Part shown: piece after piece, positions 17,729 to 26,776 of the stretch
How the letters are laid out: the number at the start of each line of letters is the position of its first letter
Numbering within the stretch: position 1 is the first letter of the stretch
NCBI GenBank assembly: GCA_017991935.1
Contig: JAGOPP010000001.1
Coordinates: 16,787 to 80,786 of the forward strand
Length of the DNA: 64,000 nucleotides
Direction of reading: 5' to 3'
Origin: Oscillospiraceae bacterium
GTDB lineage: Bacteria; Bacillota; Clostridia; Oscillospirales; Ruminococcaceae
The notes under the pieces: model-generated
Database searches by the model: none
What the model was told of the DNA's origin: nothing
The model's input: the letters and a program-made list of their open reading frames with translations, nothing else
Translations under genes and position numbers: made by a program

Positions 17729-19123
17729 TTACTCCTCCGCCAGCAGCCTCGCGACGTCGGCGGTGCGCTTCGAGAGCTTTCGGATGCTGAGCTGCCGCAT
17801 GCCGCGCATGTAGGTGTCCAGCCGGTCGCCGATCGGCTCGGTCCAGTAGGGCGGGACGTCCTCGATCCCCAGAGCGGTGCCGCGCACCGTCATGATCTGG
17901 GCGGCGTTGCAGTCCACGTCCCTGCCGCAGCGCCCGCAGATCTCGAGCGTATCGGTGAAATCGCCGTTACCAAACCAGAGCGCGATCACCTCGACGGCCG
18001 CGTTCGGGAAGGCGTGCACCCAGTTGTAGCGTTCCAGCTTCTTTTCGCAGAGGCGCCACGCCTCGAGCCAGCCGGAGGAGGTTTTGCAGCTTTGGAGCGC
18101 GAAGCGGACGACGCTGCCATACTGGCTGTCCGCGGGCGTCATCGCGACGGCGGCCTCGGCGAGTTTCCGCAGATCCTTTTCATAAAAGGCCATTGAGCAC
18201 AGGACGGCGTTAAAAACTTCGCCGAGCACGCCGCTGTTGTAGTGGGAAATCTCCGCGTCCTGCCACGCGGCTTCGGCGGCCTTCGCCGGGTTACCGGGGT
18301 AGATCTGGCCGAGGATCACGCCGCGCATCTGGGCGCCGATCCACTCGCAAAACGGATTGTTGAAGCGCCCGCTCTCGGGCGGCAGGAGCCCGCAGCGCAG
18401 GTTCCGCAGGGCCATGTCCTCCGCGGACCAGCCGAAACTGATCCGGGAGAGCCATTCGTAGGCGATGTCGCGGGCGGCGGTGGCCTTGCCGCAGCGCTCG
18501 TAGGCGCAGAGCAGGGCGAGCTCGTAGGTCACGTCGTCGTTATAGGTATTGGGCTTCCGCACATATCGGCGCACGTCGTTGTACGCTTTTTCGATGTTGT
18601 CGGTCGTGTAGCCCTCCATGCAGGTGCCGTACGCGCCGCCGACGATCTGGGAGAGCCACCCGGCGTGGATCTTTTTCTCAAGGGCCTCGCCCATGTCGAT
18701 CCGGACCGGGGCGGGGAGGGGGACCGCCCCCGCGTACTGCGCGAAGCTCTCGTACCGCGTATAGCTCCAGTAATCGGAATCCGGGTCCTTCTCCGCGGTC
18801 CGGCAGGCCTCGAAGAGCTCGTAGGTCGCCCTTTGCAGCGCGGCGGGGTCGTCCTCCGTCACGGCCCGGAAACCGGAGAGCAGCAGCTTTTCGGCGTCCC
18901 GCACCCGGTATCCGCGGTTCTCCTGCGCCTGAATGGCGGCCACGGCCATCGTGTCCCGCGCGAGGGAGCCGGGCACGCGGCTGCCCCAATAAATTTTGAT
19001 GGCGGCGTCCCAATACTTCTCCGTGTCGTCGGTCTGCTCCTCCCAGAGCTCCTTCGTATCGTCCTCAAAATGGGCGGGGATCTGGCTCTCGATCGAGAGT
19101 TTTTCGATTTCCCAAGCTTTCAT
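17729..19123 (-). CDS. ADP-ribosylglycohydrolase-family protein (long form, 464 aa)
   Basis: ARH-fold signatures: SQIVGGAYGTCMEG near the domain start and C-terminal GRDVDCNAAQIMTVRGTALG, the metal-binding D-x-D region. Confidence 0.8.
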   Translation of the reverse strand: MKAWEIEKLSIESQIPAHFEDDTKELWEEQTDDTEKYWDAAIKIYWGSRVPGSLARDTMAVAAIQAQENRGYRVRDAEKLLLSGFRAVTEDDPAALQRATYELFEACRTAEKDPDSDYWSYTRYESFAQYAGAVPLPAPVRIDMGEALEKKIHAGWLSQIVGGAYGTCMEGYTTDNIEKAYNDVRRYVRKPNTYNDDVTYELALLCAYERCGKATAARDIAYEWLSRISFGWSAEDMALRNLRCGLLPPESGRFNNPFCEWIGAQMRGVILGQIYPGNPAKAAEAAWQDAEISHYNSGVLGEVFNAVLCSMAFYEKDLRKLAEAAVAMTPADSQYGSVVRFALQSCKTSSGWLEAWRLCEKKLERYNWVHAFPNAAVEVIALWFGNGDFTDTLEICGRCGRDVDCNAAQIMTVRGTALGIEDVPPYWTEPIGDRLDTYMRGMRQLSIRKLSKRTADVARLLAEE

Positions 19124-19276
19124 GCCGGCACCTCCATGACTGATCTTTCTTTCCTTTTAAAATATGAAAACGATTTTACAATGGACGCCGAAAAAGAAAA
19201 TTTCCGCGCATCCTGCTTTTTCCAATCAAAAGATAACATATACTAACCAAAATTTCAACAAAAAGTAGAAAAATAC

Positions 19277-19305
19277 TTGACGGAACCCACGAGATTTATT
19301 ATAAT
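19277..19305 (+). promoter_or_regulatory. sigma-A promoter of the LacI-headed operon
   Basis: TTGACG (19277-19282), 17-nt spacer, TATAAT (19300-19305). Confidence 0.7.
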
Positions 19306-19331
19306 CAAAGCAGGAAAATCCTGACCGAAAA

Positions 19332-19345
19332 TGTAATCGTTTACA
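19332..19345. promoter_or_regulatory. LacI/CcpA-type operator (cre-like) TGTAATCGTTTACA
   Basis: 12/14 palindromic. Fits the cre consensus TGWAANCGNTNWCA. Sits between the -10 box and the LacI start codon. Confidence 0.65.
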
Positions 19346-19357
19346 CGAGAGGGTTTT

Positions 19358-20365
19358 ATGGTTACCATCAAAGATATCGCGAGAGAGTCCGGCGTCTCCG
19401 TCGCCACGGTGTCCCGCTACATCAACGGGAGCGATCATATCGAGACCTCCACGTCCGAGCGGATCGCGGAGGTGATCGCGCGGCTCGGCTACCGCCCGAG
19501 CCGCACGGCCAGAAGCTTAAAAACGCATAACAGCCGCAATATTATGCTGATTGTGCCGGACATCAACAACCCCTTTTACTCCAAAATGGCGGAGGTCGTC
19601 AACCAGCGCTGCCGCGCCGAAGGCTACACGATGACGCTCTACAACACCACCGAGGAGATCCACGAGGAGTTGCAGGCGATCCGGCTCGCCGGCGATATTT
19701 TTGCGGATGGAATCGTTTTCGCGTCCGTCACCGCGCAGGAGCTGGTGCTCGAGGAGCTCCGGCAGAGCCGCTGCCGGGTCGTGCTCGTCAACTCCTATGA
19801 CGTCAGCCCCTTCGACACCGTGCACGGTGACCTCGTCCGCGAGGGCACCTATATTTCCACGAACTATCTGATCGAAAACGGCCACACGCGGATCGGTTTC
19901 GCCGGGGGGCTCTCCGGCACCGCGATCGCCGAGAGCCGCAAAAAGGGCTACTGCAAGGCACTCTCGGAGGCCGGGATCGAGCCGGACGACGAGCTGATCT
20001 TCGAGATGGGGTTCAATCTCGAATCCGGGAAAAAGGCCGGGCGCTATTTCTCGGCGCTGGACCCGCGCCCGAGCGCGATCTGCTGCGCCAACGACATGAT
20101 TGCCCTCGGCGTCATCAGCGTCTTCGGCGAGATGGGGATCAAGATCCCCGCCGATTTTTCGATCACCGGGATGGACGACGTGCCGTATTCCTCGCGCAGC
20201 TTCGCGAGCCTGACCACGATCACCAACGACAGCGCCAAATTCGCGAACGACGCCATGGACGCGCTCTTCGACCGGATCACCGGGCGATATACCGGCGCAC
20301 CCAGAGAATATATCATCGACCGGCAGCTGATTGTCCGCACTTCCGTGAAAAATCTGCTGAAATAA
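19358..20365 (+). CDS. LacI-family transcriptional regulator
   Basis: N-terminal HTH MVTIKDIARESGVSVATVSRYING followed by a periplasmic-binding-protein-like sugar domain. Confidence 0.92.
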   Translation: MVTIKDIARESGVSVATVSRYINGSDHIETSTSERIAEVIARLGYRPSRTARSLKTHNSRNIMLIVPDINNPFYSKMAEVVNQRCRAEGYTMTLYNTTEEIHEELQAIRLAGDIFADGIVFASVTAQELVLEELRQSRCRVVLVNSYDVSPFDTVHGDLVREGTYISTNYLIENGHTRIGFAGGLSGTAIAESRKKGYCKALSEAGIEPDDELIFEMGFNLESGKKAGRYFSALDPRPSAICCANDMIALGVISVFGEMGIKIPADFSITGMDDVPYSSRSFASLTTITNDSAKFANDAMDALFDRITGRYTGAPREYIIDRQLIVRTSVKNLLK

Positions 20366-20383
20366 CGTTTGGGAGGCATTTTG

Positions 20384-21322
20384 ATGTTTACCGTCGGACT
20401 CGCCACCGTGGCCATGGATGTGATCTTGCAGACGCGGGAACTTCCCAAGGAGGACGGCTTTGCCGTGATCGAAAAAAGCGCCTACCTGCCGGGCGGCAGC
20501 GGCACCAACGTGATCGCCCAGCTCGCGCGGCTCGGGGATGCGTGCGGGTTCGTCGCCGAGATCGGGGACGACGCGGTCGGGACCGAGATCCGGCGGAGCC
20601 TTCTGGACGAGGGGATCGACGATTCCGGCCTCAAGGTGCGGAAAGGCGGCTCCTCGCTCCACACAAAGATCGTCGTCGACGCCGCCGGAAAAAAGTTCAT
20701 TCTGCTCGACATGGGCGACGCCTTTTTGAACCTTGAGTTGGAAGAAAAAGACTTGGAGTATTGCCTGAAGGGTGATATTTTTTATACGGACCTCCTGCCG
20801 GGCAAGGCCGCGATCGCCGCGGCGAAGGCCGCCTCCGGGCATGGAAAGCAGGTTGTCTTCAACCTCCAGATCGGCCTGTCGCTGATGGAGGGCATGGGCG
20901 TTTCCAAAGAGGACATCCTCGGCGTGCTCAAGGATGTCGACGTGTTCGCGCCGTGCAGGGAGGGCCTTTTCGCGCTCGCCGGCACCGAGGATCTGCGCGA
21001 GGCGCTGCGCTTTCTGCGCCCCTATTTTTCCGGCCTGCTGCTCGTCACGCTGGGCGGGGAGGGCTCCGCCGCCTTCGACGAAGCGGACCGCGAGACGCGG
21101 GTCTCGGTCCCGAAAGCGGAGATCGCGGACACGACCGGCGCAGGCGACTCCTACCTCGGAGCCTTTATCCACGCCTATTTAATCGAGAAAATGCCGCTCC
21201 GGGAGGCGATGGAATTCGCCGCCTGCTGCGCCGCGATCACCTGCGGGAAGGTCGGCGCGCGTTCCGGGCCGGACCTCGCCGTGGCAGAGGAGTTTTTGCG
21301 TCGCGCCGAATGGAAAGCGTGA
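20384..21322 (+). CDS. PfkB-family carbohydrate/nucleoside kinase
   Basis: GGSGTN near the N-terminus and the C-terminal DTTGAGDSY ATP/anion-hole motif. ATG at 20384 follows GGGAGG. Confidence 0.88.
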   Translation: MFTVGLATVAMDVILQTRELPKEDGFAVIEKSAYLPGGSGTNVIAQLARLGDACGFVAEIGDDAVGTEIRRSLLDEGIDDSGLKVRKGGSSLHTKIVVDAAGKKFILLDMGDAFLNLELEEKDLEYCLKGDIFYTDLLPGKAAIAAAKAASGHGKQVVFNLQIGLSLMEGMGVSKEDILGVLKDVDVFAPCREGLFALAGTEDLREALRFLRPYFSGLLLVTLGGEGSAAFDEADRETRVSVPKAEIADTTGAGDSYLGAFIHAYLIEKMPLREAMEFAACCAAITCGKVGARSGPDLAVAEEFLRRAEWKA

Positions 21323-21506
21323 CAATATGAAAAACAAAAGCATGGGCGGCTCCCCGGTCCCGCTCAGCTCCGCGGTGCGGCGCGCGTTCCGGGCCGGATC
21401 TCGCCGTGGCAGAGGAGTTTTTGCGTCGCGCCGAATGGAAAGCGTGACGGTATGAAAAACAGAACTATGGGCGGCTCCCCGGTCCCGCTCGGCTCCGCGG
21501 TGCGGG
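21257..21506. repeat. 125-bp tandem duplication, 2 copies, spanning the kinase stop and the ARH start
   Basis: gcgcgttcc occurs at 21257 and 21382. The kinase stop-plus-ATG context occurs at 21320-21329 and again at 21445-21454. About 8 mismatches between copies. Confidence 0.9.
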
Positions 21507-22471
21507 GCGCGCTCTGGGGCGTCTCGCTCGGCGACGCCTACGGCATGCCGATGGAACTGTGGTCCCGGGAGAAAATCCGGTCCGTCTTCGGGCATGTGGA
21601 GGGGCTGCTGCCCGGCCACCCGGAGAACGCGATCTCCCACGGGCGGCTCGCCGGGGAGACGACCGACGACAGCGCCTTCACAAGGCTCGTCTGCGACCTC
21701 CTGATCCGGGACGGCGACATCGACCCGATGAAGTTCGTCTCCGGCGTCCACGACTGGCTCGAGAGGGGCGGCGAGAAAAACGATCTGGTCCTTGGCCCGA
21801 GCACCAGAAAGGCGCTCGAGGCGATTCAAAACGGCCTGCCTCCCGAGGAGGCGGGCAAGACCGGCCGGACCGACGGCGCCGCGATGCGCATTATCCCGGT
21901 GGGCATCGTCTGGAACTGGGCGAGCGGCGGCGCGCTGGTCAGCGCCGTCCACCGCGCGAGCGTCGCGACGCACAACACGAACGTGGCCGTCAGCGCAGCG
22001 GCGGCGGTCGCCGCCGCGGTCTCCTGCGCGATCCGCAGCGGGGACCTCAACGCCATGGTCAACGCCGCGACCATCGCGGCGGATCAGGCCGAAATCTATG
22101 GCTATAAAGTCTCCGACGCGCGGGTCTCTTTGCAGATCGAGCGCGCCGTGGAGTTGCTTTCAAAAGCGAAGGACGAGGACTCCGCGCTGACGCTGCTCAG
22201 CGCCCGGATCGGGACCGGGCTCCCCGCCGAGGAGGCGATCCCGGCGGCGATCGGCCTGTGCTATTACGCCAAGGGCGACGCGCTGACCTGCGCGAGGCTC
22301 TGCGCGAACGCGGGCGGCGACACCGACACGATCGGGGCCATGGCCTGCGGGATCTGCGGGGGACTGCGCGGCTACGCCTCCCTGCCGGAGAAGGAGATCG
22401 CGCAGATCCGCGGCGTGTCGGGCATCGACTGGGACCCGGTCGCGGACGCGCTGCTCAAACGCCTCAAATAA
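21452..22471 (+). CDS. ADP-ribosylglycohydrolase-family protein (339 aa)
   Basis: LWGVSLGDAYGMPMELW at the N-terminus and GGDTDTIGAMACGICGG at the C-terminus, both canonical ARH/DraG-fold metal-site motifs. Confidence 0.88.
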   Translation: MKNRTMGGSPVPLGSAVRGALWGVSLGDAYGMPMELWSREKIRSVFGHVEGLLPGHPENAISHGRLAGETTDDSAFTRLVCDLLIRDGDIDPMKFVSGVHDWLERGGEKNDLVLGPSTRKALEAIQNGLPPEEAGKTGRTDGAAMRIIPVGIVWNWASGGALVSAVHRASVATHNTNVAVSAAAAVAAAVSCAIRSGDLNAMVNAATIAADQAEIYGYKVSDARVSLQIERAVELLSKAKDEDSALTLLSARIGTGLPAEEAIPAAIGLCYYAKGDALTCARLCANAGGDTDTIGAMACGICGGLRGYASLPEKEIAQIRGVSGIDWDPVADALLKRLK

Positions 22472-22488
22472 ACCTACATAAGAAGGGC

Positions 22489-23532
22489 ATGCCGATGATC
22501 TCACTCAAACACATCAAGAAAACCTACCCCAACGGCCTGACGGTCATGGAGGATATGAGCCTCAATGTCGAGGACGGGTCGTTCACGGTGCTGGTCGGCC
22601 CCTCCGGCTGCGGGAAGACGACGACGCTGCGGATGATCGCGGGCCTCGAGACGTGCACGCGGGGCGAGATCTGGATCGACGACGTCAACATCACCGACAT
22701 GGATCCGGGCGACCGCGGCATCGCGATGGTGTTTCAAAACTACGCCCTCTACCCGCATATGACGGTCGCGAAGAACATCTCCTTCGGCCTTAAAAATTTC
22801 GGCTACGGCAGGGAGGAGATCAAGACGATCACCGCCGAGGTGCTCGAGCTCGTGGGCCTCACCGAGTACGCGAACGTCAAGCCCAGCAACCTCTCGGGCG
22901 GCCAGCGCCAGAGGATAGCGCTCGCGCGGGCGATCTCCAAGAAGCCCAAGGTCTTTTTGATGGACGAGCCGCTCTCAAACCTTGACGCGAAGCTGCGCGT
23001 CAACATGCGCAGCGAGCTGATCCGCATGCACCGGAAGCTAAAATCCACGTTCATCTACATCACGCACGACCAGATCGAGGCGATGACGATGGGCGACTAC
23101 ATCGCCGTCATGAACGAGGGCAAAATCATGCAGTACGGCACGCCGGACGAGATCTACTCGAACCCGCAAAATATTTTCACCGCAAAATTCATCGGCGACC
23201 CCGGCATGAACATCGCCCCCCAGCCGGACGGCACCTCCCTCGGCTTCCGCTCCTCCAAGGTGAAATTCCGCCGGCCGGAGGACTTCGACGGGGCCGTCTT
23301 CCACGGCAAAATCTCCACGCGGGAGCGGCTGGGCGACATCAACCACTACACGATCCTCTGCGACGACGGCTGCGAGTTCGCGGTGCGCAGCGAGGAATTC
23401 TTCGAGTTCGGCGAGGAGATCCGCCTCTATATCGAGAAAAAGGATCTCTACGCGTTCGGCACGGACGGCGGCCGGATCGAGGTCGGCCGGCCCGAGGCCG
23501 GCCCGCTTTCCGGGGAGGAGGTCGGGACATGA
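22489..23532 (+). CDS. ABC transporter ATP-binding protein (MalK/UgpC type)
   Basis: Walker A GPSGCGKTT, signature LSGGQRQR, Walker B FLMDEPLSNLD, and a C-terminal TOBE-like regulatory domain. Start at an internal ATG of ORF 22258..23532. Confidence 0.93.
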   Translation: MPMISLKHIKKTYPNGLTVMEDMSLNVEDGSFTVLVGPSGCGKTTTLRMIAGLETCTRGEIWIDDVNITDMDPGDRGIAMVFQNYALYPHMTVAKNISFGLKNFGYGREEIKTITAEVLELVGLTEYANVKPSNLSGGQRQRIALARAISKKPKVFLMDEPLSNLDAKLRVNMRSELIRMHRKLKSTFIYITHDQIEAMTMGDYIAVMNEGKIMQYGTPDEIYSNPQNIFTAKFIGDPGMNIAPQPDGTSLGFRSSKVKFRRPEDFDGAVFHGKISTRERLGDINHYTILCDDGCEFAVRSEEFFEFGEEIRLYIEKKDLYAFGTDGGRIEVGRPEAGPLSGEEVGT

Positions 23533-24455
23533 ACCAAACTCCTCCGAAGACGGCCTACCGGCTCCGGCAGCTCTTTATGAAATTTATCAACCCCATCCTG
23601 CGCTGCCCGTATGTGCTGATCGCGCCGGCGGTTCTGCTCGCCGTCACCTTCAGCATTGTCCCCACCCTAATGTCCATCCGCAACAGCTTTTACCGGGTGG
23701 ACTATGTCTTCCATGTCGACACGTTCGTGGGGCTCGCCAATTACAAGACGATCTTCCGCGACCCGACGTTTCTTTTGGTTTTTAAAAACACGCTGATCTT
23801 CACCGGCGTCACGGCCCTGTTCGCGATCCCGCTCGCGGTGCTGGTGGCGATCTTTCTCAATAAAAACACGGCGGTCCACAACTTCACCCAGAGCGTCGTC
23901 TTCACCCCGCACATCATCTCGTGGGTCTCGATCGCGGCGCTGTGGATGTTCCTGATGGACCCGCAGTTCGGGATGCTCAACGCCGTGCTCACGGCGCTCG
24001 GCTTCGACCCGCTCGACTGGATGCTCAGCGAGAAGACCTCGCTGATGTCCATCACGATCGTCTCGATCTGGAAGTCGCTGGGCTACAACGTGCTCATCGT
24101 CACCTCCGGCCTCCAGAATATCCCGCGCGACATCTACGAGTCCGCGAAGCTCGACCGCTCGGGCTGGTTCCGCACCTTTTTCAAGATCACGGTGCCGATG
24201 CTCTCGCCGACCTTCGTCTTTCTGGTCACGACGACGATCATCAGCACCTTCAGCACCTACGATCTGATCCGGCTGATGACGCAGGGCGGCCCCCGGAACT
24301 CCTCCAATTTGCTGGTCTACTGGATCTACGAGACCGGCTATCTGCAGTTTAACGTCGGCAAGGCCATGGCCGGCGGCGTCATTTTGCTTCTGTTCATCGG
24401 CACGGTTTCGCTCGCGAATTTCACGCTGATGAACAAAAGAGCCCATTATCAGTGA
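23529..24455 (+). CDS. carbohydrate ABC transporter permease (MalF/UgpA-like)
   Basis: Six predicted TM segments, an EAA-loop-like ESAKLDRSGWFRTFFKITVP, and ATGA coupling to the ATPase gene. Confidence 0.9.
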   Translation: MNQTPPKTAYRLRQLFMKFINPILRCPYVLIAPAVLLAVTFSIVPTLMSIRNSFYRVDYVFHVDTFVGLANYKTIFRDPTFLLVFKNTLIFTGVTALFAIPLAVLVAIFLNKNTAVHNFTQSVVFTPHIISWVSIAALWMFLMDPQFGMLNAVLTALGFDPLDWMLSEKTSLMSITIVSIWKSLGYNVLIVTSGLQNIPRDIYESAKLDRSGWFRTFFKITVPMLSPTFVFLVTTTIISTFSTYDLIRLMTQGGPRNSSNLLVYWIYETGYLQFNVGKAMAGGVILLLFIGTVSLANFTLMNKRAHYQ

Positions 24456-24469
24456 GGGGAGGGAAGCGC

Positions 24470-25330
24470 ATGAAACGGGTTGAGGAACGAAAAAAGAAGC
24501 TGACGCCGAAGCGCGCGGTTCTTCTCACGCTGACGGCCATCATCATTCTGCTGCTGCTCTCCGCCTATATTTTCCCGATGTTTTATATGATCTCGACCTC
24601 GCTCAAGACGATGCGGGAAGTGAACGTCTCGCCGCCGACGCTCTGGCCGGAGATCCTCCGGTGGGAGAACTACGCCGAGGCGTGGGACAAGATGAATTTC
24701 TTCCACTACTTCAAAAATTCGGTCTTCGTCTCCGCGATGACGATTGTCGGGCAGCTCCTCGTCTGCGTGCCGTGCGCGTACGCGCTCGCGAAAAAGCAGT
24801 TTCTCGGCCGGAAGTTTTTCCACACGCTCGTGCTGTTCGACCTGATCGTGCCCTCGCAGATCATCTTCCTCTCAATCTACCTCATCGAGAGCAAGATCGG
24901 CTGGATCAACACCTATCAGGGCCTGATCGTGCCGTTCATCTACTCGGCATTCTCGATCTTCTTCTTAATCCAGACCTTTAAGACGCTCCCGGACGACGTG
25001 CTCGACGCGGCGCGGCTCGACCGGTGCTCCGAGCTCCAGATCATCGGCGGCATCGTGCTGCCGATGGCGAGGCCGACAGTCATCACGACCGTGATGTTCA
25101 CCTTTGTGTACAAATGGAACGACTATTTCTGGACGAGCATCCTGACGACCGACGACGCGGTGCGCACCCTGCCGCTCGCGATCCAAAACCTGATGCCGGT
25201 GGGCAACGCGGCCAACGAGTGGCACACGATCATGGCCGGCAACCTGATGCTGTTCGCCCCGATGTTCCTTCTTTACCTGCTCGCCAACAAGAGCATCAAG
25301 CAGATGTTCGTCTACGGCGGGATCAAATGA
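24470..25330 (+). CDS. carbohydrate ABC transporter permease (MalG/UgpE-like)
   Basis: EAA loop DAARLDRCSELQIIGGIVLPMARP. ATG at 24470 follows GAGGGGAGGGA. Confidence 0.9.
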   Translation: MKRVEERKKKLTPKRAVLLTLTAIIILLLLSAYIFPMFYMISTSLKTMREVNVSPPTLWPEILRWENYAEAWDKMNFFHYFKNSVFVSAMTIVGQLLVCVPCAYALAKKQFLGRKFFHTLVLFDLIVPSQIIFLSIYLIESKIGWINTYQGLIVPFIYSAFSIFFLIQTFKTLPDDVLDAARLDRCSELQIIGGIVLPMARPTVITTVMFTFVYKWNDYFWTSILTTDDAVRTLPLAIQNLMPVGNAANEWHTIMAGNLMLFAPMFLLYLLANKSIKQMFVYGGIK

Positions 25331-25393
25331 GCGCTTGACCGGCGGAGGCCGGTAGGATAGAATTTTATTTATAGTTTTAAAGGAGGAAATCAC

Positions 25394-26728
25394 ATGAAGA
25401 AATTCCTTGCGCTGCTGCTTGCCCTGTGCCTCGTGCTCGCGGGCTGCTCCGGCACGGTGGAGGAAGCCCCGGAGTCCGGGACCGATTCCTCGTCCGCCGA
25501 GGAGACCCCCGCCGGGGATGAGCCGGTGGAGATCGTTTTCTGGAACGTGTTTGCCGACGACTCCGACACCGGCGTCTTCCTCGCCGACGCGGCGACCAAA
25601 TTCATGGCCGACCACCCCGAGATCAAGGTGACGATCGTCGGTCAGGGCGGCTATGACGACATCGTCGAGCGCCTCGAGGCCGCCGCGGCCTCCGGCGCCC
25701 TGCCGACCATGGCGATCATTGAGGAGACGTTCCTCGGCCGCTTCTATCCGCTGACCGTCGACCTCTCCCAGTATCTCGACCCCGCCGTCGTTTCAAACTA
25801 TCAGGACGGCCTCTTGGTCTCCTGCTACTACGACGGTGTGCTCCGCGCGGTTCCGTTTAACCGCTCGATGCCGAACCTCTATGTCAACAAGACCCTCTTC
25901 GACAACGCCGGCGTCACCGAGATTCCGGATACGTGGGAGGAGGTCTACGCGACCGCCGAGACGCTGACCGACCCCGAAAAGGGCATCTACGGCTTCGGCG
26001 TCTGCTGGGACACCGACGCGTGGGTCTATGAGTCCATCCTCTACTCCTTCGGCGGCGAAATCCTCAGCGAGGACAACAAGACCATCCTGCTGAACGAGGG
26101 CACCACGGCCTCCGACATCCTCACAAAATTCCAAGACGAGGCCGACGCCGGCATCTTTTTCAACCCCTACATCTATCAGGACAACGTCTGGTCCACGATC
26201 GGCTCGGCGTTCCTTGAGGGCAAGGTCGCCATGTTCCTCGGCTCCAACGGCGTCTATTCCATGTACAAAGGCTGGATGGCCGAGGCCGGGTACGAGATGC
26301 AGATCTATCCGCATCCGGGCTTTGAAAACGGCATCGCCACCGGGGCCGGCAACATCGTGATGTTCGCCGACGCCACCGAGGAGCAGCGCGCCGCGGCCGC
26401 GCAGTTTGTCGAGTACCTCGCGACCGACGACGAGGCCGGCGCCTACACCGTGCTGACCGGCTACCTCCCGACCACCGAGACCTGCATCAACCAGACCGAC
26501 CTCGCCGCCTTCCTTGAGGCGAATCCGGATTACATCAACGCGGTCGATCAGATGCAGTACGCCCACAGGCGTCCGCTGACCTCCGCGTGGAAGGGCATCT
26601 ACACCGTCCTCGTCGACGAGATCGCCTACTGCATGGCCCACACGGATACGGACGCCGCCGCCTCCGTCGCCACGGTCTCCGAGCAGGCCCAAGTCCTGCT
26701 CAACGACGCCACCGCGCTTGCCGGCTGA
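25394..26728 (+). CDS. ABC transporter extracellular solute-binding lipoprotein (family 1, sugar type)
   Basis: Lipobox LVLAGCSG, an S/E/T-rich linker, and a ~420-aa SBP_bac_1-like body. AAAGGAGG RBS. Confidence 0.88.
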   Translation: MKKFLALLLALCLVLAGCSGTVEEAPESGTDSSSAEETPAGDEPVEIVFWNVFADDSDTGVFLADAATKFMADHPEIKVTIVGQGGYDDIVERLEAAAASGALPTMAIIEETFLGRFYPLTVDLSQYLDPAVVSNYQDGLLVSCYYDGVLRAVPFNRSMPNLYVNKTLFDNAGVTEIPDTWEEVYATAETLTDPEKGIYGFGVCWDTDAWVYESILYSFGGEILSEDNKTILLNEGTTASDILTKFQDEADAGIFFNPYIYQDNVWSTIGSAFLEGKVAMFLGSNGVYSMYKGWMAEAGYEMQIYPHPGFENGIATGAGNIVMFADATEEQRAAAAQFVEYLATDDEAGAYTVLTGYLPTTETCINQTDLAAFLEANPDYINAVDQMQYAHRRPLTSAWKGIYTVLVDEIAYCMAHTDTDAAASVATVSEQAQVLLNDATALAG

Positions 26729-26776
26729 TTCTTTTCCCGGCAGGGAAAATTTCCTCAAGCTGAAAGGAATCGCGCT

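Noticed and set aside
10018-21172. Other long antisense ORFs (10018..11451 +, 11684..12877 +, 14368..15885 -, 15876..16925 -, 18242..19246 +, 19517..21172 -)
   Set aside because: Each lies opposite a gene with strong family signatures (trkH, trkA, DHHW, rlmD, ARH, LacI/PfkB) and has the R/G/A/P/D-biased composition of non-coding frames in GC-rich DNA.
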